Shown here one piece after another: positions 46,512 to 54,241 of a stretch of DNA of 64,000 nt. Position numbers and translations under genes: made by a program. Below the pieces are notes generated by a model, which had not been told where the DNA came from, ran no database searches, and saw nothing but the letters and a program-made list of their open reading frames with translations. Source of the stretch: a virus (taxonomy: Duplodnaviria; Caudoviricetes); the IMG/VR virus record IMGVR_UViG_3300021121_000001, positions 1-64,000 of that record; one strand, written 5' to 3'. Every line of letters begins with the position of its first letter. Positions within the stretch are counted from its first letter, which is position 1.

Positions 46512-46621
46512 TTCTTTTTTCTCTCTATTACAATTTTAAATCTTTTTGTTCTGCATTTAGGACATTTTCCTCCTATGCACTCACACCCACAACCCACGAC
46601 ATGACCACATGAACATCTCAT
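46508..46621 (-). CDS. Unannotated 37-aa Cys-rich micro-protein (MRCSCGHVVGCGCECIGGKCPKCRTKRFKIVIERKKK)
   Basis: ATG at 46621 preceded by aaaccaaata; its TGA overlaps the next ATG (ATGA); 7 Cys in the first 23 residues. Confidence 0.75.
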   Translation of the reverse strand: MRCSCGHVVGCGCECIGGKCPKCRTKRFKIVIERKKK

Positions 46622-46658
46622 AACTAATTGATTTTATTTGGTTTATAAATATCATAAA

Positions 46659-47078
46659 TTAACAACTTGGAAACAATACCGGTAGAGGTATAGATACCAA
46701 AGTCACACCTATTGTCTGAGAACTATTTGTTGGTAGAAATAATTCTAAAGTTACATCATATGTACCATCTCCAAAAAAACTAGGAACATGAAAAGTCATT
46801 TCATTTGAATCATTCCAAGTTACAGTGGTGAGAACAACATTAAAAGGTGCTCCAAAATTCCAATATAAACTTACCTGACCTTCTCCAAGAAGGTTAACAG
46901 CATGATCCAAAGTAACTGTCATTATATAATCTCCATCTCCACAAACAGCAGTTATATTCTTTACATTCAAAGTGCAACATGGAGAAAGTATTTCTGAAAT
47001 TGCTTTATAAATAGTTTTATTAACCAGATTTTTTATGAATGCAAGAATGCTTTGTTTTTTAGGTGTTGTAATTGTCAT
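46659..47078 (-). CDS. Putative head fibre / decoration protein, paralogue B
   Basis: N-terminus SILAFIKN...Y..I..L.PCC shared with the neighbouring gene; Ig-like remainder. Confidence 0.55.
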   Translation of the reverse strand: MTITTPKKQSILAFIKNLVNKTIYKAISEILSPCCTLNVKNITAVCGDGDYIMTVTLDHAVNLLGEGQVSLYWNFGAPFNVVLTTVTWNDSNEMTFHVPSFFGDGTYDVTLELFLPTNSSQTIGVTLVSIPLPVLFPSC

Positions 47079-47092
47079 GATTTTTTTAATTT

Positions 47093-47539
47093 TTAGTCAC
47101 AGTTTGGAACAGTCAAAACATGAGCGATACTTCTATGAACTACATCTAAATCTAAAGGAAGCAAAGTTACAACTACAGACATAGTGAAGGGATTTGGTCT
47201 GCTTCCACCATCAAAAGAGGATTGAAGATTTCCATTCCAATGCCCACTGGCATCTAAAGTTATAGTTTTTATAACACCTCCTGTAGGGTAATCAACAGAT
47301 GTTAAAAACAACTCCACTGTTCTTCCTGCAAAAGTTACATCTGTTATTGTAACATTATTAAAAATTATTCCAAAAACATCCCCTGTAAAACCACATGAAA
47401 ATGTGTCAAATATCACTGTTGTCTTACAACAAGGATTCAAAAGAACCTCTATATCTTTATAAACTTTTTTAGAAACAATATTTTTTACAAAAGCAAGAAT
47501 AGAATTCTTAATATTTGACTTTGAAGAAATAAATGCCAT
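47093..47539 (-). CDS. Putative head fibre / decoration protein, paralogue A
   Basis: N-terminus SILAFVKN...Y..I..LLNPCC; Ig-like remainder. Confidence 0.55.
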   Translation of the reverse strand: MAFISSKSNIKNSILAFVKNIVSKKVYKDIEVLLNPCCKTTVIFDTFSCGFTGDVFGIIFNNVTITDVTFAGRTVELFLTSVDYPTGGVIKTITLDASGHWNGNLQSSFDGGSRPNPFTMSVVVTLLPLDLDVVHRSIAHVLTVPNCD

Positions 47540-47569
47540 TTTATTTAATGTATTTAATTTAATTAAAAT

Positions 47570-47611
47570 AAAAAAGGAGGTGAGGTTTTAAGTACCCTCA
47601 ACCTCCTTTTT
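47570..47611. terminator. Bidirectional intrinsic terminator after the auxiliary capsid gene
   Basis: aaaaaggaggt-gagg...cctc-a-acctccttttt. Confidence 0.85.
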
Positions 47612-47633
47612 GGGTTAATATTTAGTAAGAATA

Positions 47634-49589
47634 TTATATTACTTCAAGAGCAAGTGGAGAATTTGCTGCTACAAAAGCAGAGATTGTTGATTCATATTCT
47701 GAACCTGAACCCACTGGGAAGAATACACTCAATTCAAATACTTGTTTTTGACTTGTTCCAAAACCACTTACAGCAGAAGCTTCAGCAGGGAATGTTTCAA
47801 ATTCAAGGATGTATTGGTCATAGATACCATCCAGATCAATTCCAAGTTCATAATCAAATGCATCTCTTTCTGCTGCATTCTTTCTCCAAGGCTGGTTGAA
47901 TTGGAAGTTAGAATCAATTACTTGATCAGCAACTACACGACCTTTACCTTTTGGATATTTAACATTCTTGATCAGAGTATGAGGAACATCAGTTTCACAA
48001 AGAACTGAGTAGTCATTAGGATCAGGATTTCTTGTAGACAGAGTGATGAACAAAGGTTCAAATTCATAAGCCACTTGTTTCAAGAAACATTCTTTAGCTT
48101 TTCTTTGCTCATATACAGATTCAAAACGAATACCTGTTACACAACCTGTTCCATAATTCAAACCTGGAACTTCCGTCCAAACCAAACCATTAAAAGGAGC
48201 TGGAGCTTCAAAATGCCATTCTACCTGTGCACATTTTTCAAAATCTTTATTTGTAGATTCTACAGTGAGAGAGTATTGAGAAACACAAGTGTCTGCATTT
48301 GTAGTTACAAGACTAACACCCATTCCATAAACAGCTTGAAGAGCTGAGAGAGTATTACCTGTGCAGTCATTAAGAATGCTTATTACAAATTGTTTTTCAG
48401 CAGCAGTACCTTCTTTGCAAGAATGGAAAGTATAAGTTAGAGGAGAGTTTGCAGTACATACAGATTGGTCAGTTGCAATTTGTACAACAGAGTCTGCAAG
48501 AAGAGCAGTTACAGCAGTTCCGGCAGCAACAACTATTTTAATATTTGCTGTAGAACCATTATAAGAAAGGAATTCTTGAGCAGTTGCAGAATATGCAGCA
48601 CCTACTGTAGCAGCATAAGTAGCTCTTGCGCCAGAGGTAGTGAAGTTTTCTGTACCAGCAAGAGGTCTTGCTACAACCCAAATATCTGTTGCAGGCTGTG
48701 AAGTGTATCCAGAAGGACAACCTGAAGGACAAGTATCACATGTAACCAGAACTGGATTTGGATTTATAACTACAGGAGCAGGAGTTACACTAAGAATAGC
48801 ACCTGCAAATACTGTTTCATATGTAGAGAAAATACCTTCTCTTTTTACACGTTTGATTATTTGACCTGGATTAGAAGCTTCTACAGCAGCTTGAGCTACA
48901 CCAAGAGCAGCAAGATCACCAGCATCAGGAATTGTTATTGTCCATACACTATAAGTAGTTGTAGGCAAACCTGATGGAGTGTCACAATGTACAAGCTTAG
49001 TAGCTTTTACATAATCTGTGATTAGTTGACCACCAATGAGTTTTCTTGTACTGAAAGCATCAAGAACTGCATCTGCTACAATGTTTTGATCAAAATAGTC
49101 ACCACAGGTATCTACGCAATCAGATACACAAGGAAGTTGAACAGTGAATTGTTCAGTCCATGTTGCATAGTGAGTTTTAGGAGAATCTCCCAAAAGGTTT
49201 GCTATTGGAGCACCTGAGAGAGTAACCCAGTATGTAAATGATTTACCTTGTTTAACAGTGAGACCTTTTGTAGTGTCTACACCATCATAACCAAGAGTTA
49301 CAACCATTCCAGAACCTTCTTGTCCAGATACTTTCTTCCAAGACTTTACAGCTCCACCTTGGATTACACTTGATTTAAAAGTGTGGTTGCTTTTTGCAAC
49401 ACCATGTGGGTATATTACATCAGGAGTACCTTGAGCAACAAGGATTGATTTAGCAGTGAGACCACTTGTAGCTTGATATGTTTTACCATCAAATACACCA
49501 ATCTGACCAATTCCCAAATCTACAGTTGTTCCAGATGATGGGAGGTCTGATGTACTGGCTGCAAATACGTAACGATAACTATTTACCAT
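47634..49589 (-). CDS. Auxiliary capsid / structural protein (651 aa)
   Basis: Third gene downstream of MCP, followed by a strong terminator; Thr/Ala/Cys-rich; crAss-like synteny. Confidence 0.6.
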   Translation of the reverse strand: MVNSYRYVFAASTSDLPSSGTTVDLGIGQIGVFDGKTYQATSGLTAKSILVAQGTPDVIYPHGVAKSNHTFKSSVIQGGAVKSWKKVSGQEGSGMVVTLGYDGVDTTKGLTVKQGKSFTYWVTLSGAPIANLLGDSPKTHYATWTEQFTVQLPCVSDCVDTCGDYFDQNIVADAVLDAFSTRKLIGGQLITDYVKATKLVHCDTPSGLPTTTYSVWTITIPDAGDLAALGVAQAAVEASNPGQIIKRVKREGIFSTYETVFAGAILSVTPAPVVINPNPVLVTCDTCPSGCPSGYTSQPATDIWVVARPLAGTENFTTSGARATYAATVGAAYSATAQEFLSYNGSTANIKIVVAAGTAVTALLADSVVQIATDQSVCTANSPLTYTFHSCKEGTAAEKQFVISILNDCTGNTLSALQAVYGMGVSLVTTNADTCVSQYSLTVESTNKDFEKCAQVEWHFEAPAPFNGLVWTEVPGLNYGTGCVTGIRFESVYEQRKAKECFLKQVAYEFEPLFITLSTRNPDPNDYSVLCETDVPHTLIKNVKYPKGKGRVVADQVIDSNFQFNQPWRKNAAERDAFDYELGIDLDGIYDQYILEFETFPAEASAVSGFGTSQKQVFELSVFFPVGSGSEYESTISAFVAANSPLALEVI

Positions 49590-49619
49590 TTTTTGTTTAT
49601 TTTAAAATTTTTGTTTAAT

Positions 49620-50285
49620 TTATTCTTGTGAGTTAGTTCTATCTTTAGCAATGTTAAGATTATTTGGATCTTGGAAGTCTCTCATGAACTCTTCTGCTGC
49701 CAAGTTTATAATCTGATCAACATATTGTTCTGAAATTTCTATTCCTATATTAGTGGAAGGAGAACCATCCAAATGTGTATAGCCTTCTATATCTATATTA
49801 GGAATAACTTTGTAGTATTCAATTGTTAAATTATTAACAACAAAGTCATCTCTATACACTCTTATATATCCTCCTTGAAGAGAGCAAAAGCTCCATTCAA
49901 AATCAAAATCAGGTTTATAATTTAAATTGAATCTCAGAGTGTTCTTGTCGTGATTTTTTACTTCCCTTAAAAAGATTGTTTTTCTACAAGATTCTCTTTG
50001 GGCTTCACAATTTGCAAGAATCAATTCATAAAAATCAAAGGGTATTTCAAATTCTGTATATCCATCAATGTTTATACCATTTGTTAGATTTACAGTTTTA
50101 ACTATCTCCCAGATTGAATCTATTAGAATAGAATCTTTATCTTTGAGATGGCTTTCAACCCACCTGTTTTTTACTTCATTAAATATAAGAACAAACCTAT
50201 CCTTGTCAATGGCAATATTCCCCTGACTGTTTCCTTTATTTACTTTTAAAAGAAACTTTATGTATATAAGTTCTGGAGATACCAT
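49620..50285 (-). CDS. Tail ring / head-tail connector protein
   Basis: KVNK...FN...W N-terminus and EIS...VDQII..AA C-terminus typical of crAss-like ring proteins; synteny. Confidence 0.6.
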   Translation of the reverse strand: MVSPELIYIKFLLKVNKGNSQGNIAIDKDRFVLIFNEVKNRWVESHLKDKDSILIDSIWEIVKTVNLTNGINIDGYTEFEIPFDFYELILANCEAQRESCRKTIFLREVKNHDKNTLRFNLNYKPDFDFEWSFCSLQGGYIRVYRDDFVVNNLTIEYYKVIPNIDIEGYTHLDGSPSTNIGIEISEQYVDQIINLAAEEFMRDFQDPNNLNIAKDRTNSQE

Positions 50286-50291
50286 TTAACA

Positions 50292-51263
50292 TTAACCTAT
50301 TGCGTTGTGTTTTTTCTTTCTGTTTTCAACTTCACTTCTCAACTCACCAAGCTCAATTTCCATTCCTGCTGCCAGGAGATACAATATGCTATCTTGTTTA
50401 GTCTTTTTGTAATTCACATGACCTCTATGATAGTATCCATCTGAGCTAACCCTGATCACTCCCATATTTATTCCTTGTTGGAACATATTGTGTATTGCCA
50501 ATGTAGCATTGTCAAGTTCACAAGCCTCAAGGAATTCTGTCATAGTTTTACCTGTCTTGTCATTAAAGATTGCTTCCTGCATCCTCATTTCAAGTACTTC
50601 ACTATCAACTTTTTGTTTGCTAACAAGACCAAGTTTGAAGGCAACTTCCCAAGCTCTTTGTTTGTTTTTACTTTCGTCAAACAATTTAGACATTTCAATA
50701 TTAGCCTTGCGACTTTTCTGAATTTTAGATTTGTTAAATTCAGTAGTTTCTTCAGAGGTTGTAAGATAGAATTTAGAATTTCTATACTCCGGTTTACTAA
50801 TGTCAGCTTTACTTTTAGGGAAATTTGGATTGTTCATTATAAGAGCTAAAGAAATAGCATCTCTATAATTCTCAGCAGGACGAAGTTCATTGCCATGACC
50901 ATTCACCCTTATTTTCATATCTGCACCAACTTCTATTTCCACCATGCAGATTTCACTCAGCCATGCTTCAGATGTAGGTTTCAGATAATCAGGAACTCCT
51001 ATAAGAGATTCAAGTTCCTTTCTTTTTTCAATTATTCTTTCTTGAGCTTCTTTTTTCTTTTCAGAAGGAAGTCTTAGAACGTCAGGAGCATTTTCATCAA
51101 ATCCTGTCCTGTCATATTTTTTAAGTCTATCATTCCAAGAAGCAGAGATAGCTTGAGTGATACCTGGAAATGTACCTAGCCCTTTTCTTGCTAGTTCTTC
51201 ACTATCTCTGCTTGGAATTGCTTCTATGCGATAGACTTTTGAGAAATCTATAAAATCTGTCAT
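50292..51263 (-). CDS. Conserved crAss-like capsid-module protein downstream of MCP
   Basis: Synteny; Y.RTG.DENAP motif. Confidence 0.55.
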   Translation of the reverse strand: MTDFIDFSKVYRIEAIPSRDSEELARKGLGTFPGITQAISASWNDRLKKYDRTGFDENAPDVLRLPSEKKKEAQERIIEKRKELESLIGVPDYLKPTSEAWLSEICMVEIEVGADMKIRVNGHGNELRPAENYRDAISLALIMNNPNFPKSKADISKPEYRNSKFYLTTSEETTEFNKSKIQKSRKANIEMSKLFDESKNKQRAWEVAFKLGLVSKQKVDSEVLEMRMQEAIFNDKTGKTMTEFLEACELDNATLAIHNMFQQGINMGVIRVSSDGYYHRGHVNYKKTKQDSILYLLAAGMEIELGELRSEVENRKKKHNAIG

Positions 51264-51304
51264 TTTTATTTGGTTTATTTGGTTTATTGTTCTTTGGAGG
51301 CAGA

Positions 51305-52966
51305 TTACTGCAATTGCAGCAATACTGACCTACCTGGGTCTCTCAGCCATATACTAGACTGTTCTTCAAGGAAAGCTGTATATCCATCAAACAAAGATGA
51401 AGCAACAGAACCTTTACCGGCAGCAAGAGGATATGGACTAGTTCTACCATTGATATAAGTGTATTTGACACCTGGCATACCTTGGTTTTTAACCAGATAG
51501 ATATTTGCTTTGTTATCAAAACCTGTAGCAAATTCTACACCTTTAGAAGGCTCATATGCATTGGTAGAAGTAGTTTCTGTAACATCCATGATCATGGAAG
51601 TGTAAGAGAACTTAGGCAAACCACCAATTCTTTCCTCATCCATTGTTCTGTTAAATTCAGAATCAAGAGCAGGGTTGTGTTCAAATGAAAGATGACCAAA
51701 ACCTGAAAGGAATACTTTGTTAAATCTGTAACCTGCTTCCAGATTGTAAGCATCTGAACCTTTTATAATACCCAAAGATGAGTTATCAAGTACAGTACCT
51801 ATTGCATTGCTTATTGCAACACCTGCTTCAGTACAGATTCTTGTAAGTTCAATCATTGCACCTCTACCACACTGGAAATGAAGGTGACGATCAACATCAG
51901 CTATATCAGGACGATTTTTAAATATTTGAGAGAATACACCTTTGATTATATCAAGAGAGTATTTAGGGATTGTAAGCCAGTTACCATTTTTCATTTGCTG
52001 ATACAGACCTTGAGCAACTACTTTATAGTTATTTCTTTGATCTTGCAGAACACCACCCTGACCATACATCAGTTGTCTTTCAGTATCAAGCATGAGTTGT
52101 TTGTAAAGCAACACTTCAATCATTGGTACAAATGATACAGGTTTGCTTTTATCAACTTTACCTTGACCATTATTATAACCAATTGCCACCATGAATTCTG
52201 GACTCTTAGGATCAAGATAAGGAGCAACACTTGCAGCAAACTGATTTGGATTACCCATACCAGAAATATTATCAAGTTTCAGACGTTGAGCAGAACCATG
52301 AACTGTCATCTTAACAGCTCTCTTGCTACCAATTTTATGGAGGAGTTTGATAAAGCCTGCTGACTGGTTAATACCTGGAGCTTCTTCATCATATTTACCA
52401 ATAGTGGAACCTACACTAAACAATTGAGTGCCTGGTTTCAGCCATTTCTTGTCTACATATTCATTTCTGTCATTTGTAACAAGTTTCAACTTGTAAACAA
52501 AACCATCTGCAATTCTTTGCTCAACAGAAATAACTACAAAATTTTGACCATCACGAAGATCAGCAGTGATAAGCTGATTGAGACCAAAAATAGGATCAAG
52601 ATTACCATCACCAATTAGGAGTTCAAATACTTGACCATCAATACCTGGTTTTGAATTGTCACCAGTGAGATCTTCTCTGATGGTTGGCATTTCCAAAGTA
52701 TAAGGTACATCAAATGTGAATTCGCCATCATCACCATTTACATAAAGGGTGTTTTTAGCAAGTTCTGTCATTTTCAACAGGGGAGTGTTAACCAGTTGAA
52801 ACTGATTAAAAAGAGTGAGGATACCCAAGTGTTGTCTGTTAACACCTTCTCCACCTGCAAGCAAGTTCATTAGCTTATTTTCATCAGCAAAGTTACCTGC
52901 CATCCTATAGTCCATTTTTTCAAGGACTATGTTATTACCAAAATTTTTAAATGTTCCTAATGCCAT
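51305..52966 (-). CDS. Major capsid protein (553 aa)
   Basis: Follows portal and acidic scaffold; GLYQQ, H.PALD and C-terminal DGY......SIWLRDP.RS..L motifs of the crAss-like MCP. Confidence 0.85.
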   Translation of the reverse strand: MALGTFKNFGNNIVLEKMDYRMAGNFADENKLMNLLAGGEGVNRQHLGILTLFNQFQLVNTPLLKMTELAKNTLYVNGDDGEFTFDVPYTLEMPTIREDLTGDNSKPGIDGQVFELLIGDGNLDPIFGLNQLITADLRDGQNFVVISVEQRIADGFVYKLKLVTNDRNEYVDKKWLKPGTQLFSVGSTIGKYDEEAPGINQSAGFIKLLHKIGSKRAVKMTVHGSAQRLKLDNISGMGNPNQFAASVAPYLDPKSPEFMVAIGYNNGQGKVDKSKPVSFVPMIEVLLYKQLMLDTERQLMYGQGGVLQDQRNNYKVVAQGLYQQMKNGNWLTIPKYSLDIIKGVFSQIFKNRPDIADVDRHLHFQCGRGAMIELTRICTEAGVAISNAIGTVLDNSSLGIIKGSDAYNLEAGYRFNKVFLSGFGHLSFEHNPALDSEFNRTMDEERIGGLPKFSYTSMIMDVTETTSTNAYEPSKGVEFATGFDNKANIYLVKNQGMPGVKYTYINGRTSPYPLAAGKGSVASSLFDGYTAFLEEQSSIWLRDPGRSVLLQLQ

Positions 52967-52986
52967 TTTGTATTATTATTTATGCT

Positions 52987-54132
52987 TTATTTAAATTTAA
53001 ATCCTTGAGGAGCACCTGTTTGTTTACGCTTTTCAGGTTCTTTGGATACTACTCCAGAAAGAGGATTACCGCCTTCTTTTAGAAAATTAAATTGCTTTTT
53101 TGTAGCTTCTGCTTCTGCAATCTTTTTATCTTCGTAAGCATCCATGTTCTTGATGAACTTCAGGAACTTCTGATATTTTTTAGGATCTTGGTTGATTTCA
53201 TTCATCCTCACCATGAATTCAGAATATTTATTTCCTTGATTGTCTTGAAATTTATAATCGTATATAAATTTATCAAGTTCTTTTTTTTCTCTTTCAGCAA
53301 GATTGGGATCTTTATAAATATTTTCCCTAACTGCTTTATTAAAAGCCTCTGCTCTTATTTTTCTATCTTGAGCAATTGCTTCTTGCTCTTTTATCATCTC
53401 TTCTCTTTCAGATTCTATAGCTGAAACCAATTTTGATTTACAGTCTTCAGCTTCTTCTTTAAAATCAGAATCACCGGAATCTTTAAGTCTTTCTATATGT
53501 CTTTTGATCTTTGCATCGCTCCAATCAATAGATTTGTAATATTCTTTTATGGCTCTTTCCTGACCATATTCATCAGAAGTATCAAGAGAGGAAACTTCTA
53601 ATTGTTGTGTATAATTACCAACAAAATCATCTACTGTACCTCCTGCTTTTAGAAAATCTACAAGTTGATTTGCAGTATCTGGAAATTGTGATCTTTCTTC
53701 AAAAATAATTTCTTTTGCTGAATTTTCTGCTTGTGCCTTCCAAAGAGCTTGAAATGTCTCTTCAGAATAGTCTATGTCCTCCCTTCCTTCAAAATCTTTC
53801 CAAACTTCTGTCTCTACAAGAAAATCTGCAAAAGCCTTATAGTCAACCTTATCAGCACTTAGCTTTTCAGGTTCTTCTTCTTTTTCTTTTTCAGATTTTT
53901 TATTGTTTTTATTAAAAAAACCAAGAGGGTCATGAGCATCATCTTTATCATCCTCTTCTTCAGTTTCTTCAATAACTACATCTTTAGGTTTTTCACCTTC
54001 ATCTGTAGCTACTGGTTTAGCTTTTTCTTTATCTTCTGAATTGGGCTGAATTGCTCCAGGGAATTGTTCAGGGTTAATTTGAATACCCTCATCTTCTCCG
54101 AAGTAGAAGGGTTCTACGTTAACTTTTGACAT
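52987..54132 (-). CDS. Acidic scaffold-like protein
   Basis: Very acidic disordered N-terminus and coiled coil; between portal and MCP. Confidence 0.7.
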   Translation of the reverse strand: MSKVNVEPFYFGEDEGIQINPEQFPGAIQPNSEDKEKAKPVATDEGEKPKDVVIEETEEEDDKDDAHDPLGFFNKNNKKSEKEKEEEPEKLSADKVDYKAFADFLVETEVWKDFEGREDIDYSEETFQALWKAQAENSAKEIIFEERSQFPDTANQLVDFLKAGGTVDDFVGNYTQQLEVSSLDTSDEYGQERAIKEYYKSIDWSDAKIKRHIERLKDSGDSDFKEEAEDCKSKLVSAIESEREEMIKEQEAIAQDRKIRAEAFNKAVRENIYKDPNLAEREKKELDKFIYDYKFQDNQGNKYSEFMVRMNEINQDPKKYQKFLKFIKNMDAYEDKKIAEAEATKKQFNFLKEGGNPLSGVVSKEPEKRKQTGAPQGFKFK

Positions 54133-54185
54133 ATACTATATTTGGTTTGTAATACAATTATACAAAAAATTATACAATTTAACAA

Positions 54186-54215
54186 ATAGAGTGTATTAAA
54201 TAATGTACACCCTAT
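54186..54215 (-). terminator. Hairpin after the portal gene (weak terminator or processing site)
   Basis: atagggtgta/tacactctat on the minus strand (one G-U pair); poor U-tract. Confidence 0.45.
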
Positions 54216-54241
54216 GTTTAGCTTTATTGAATAATTTCTGT

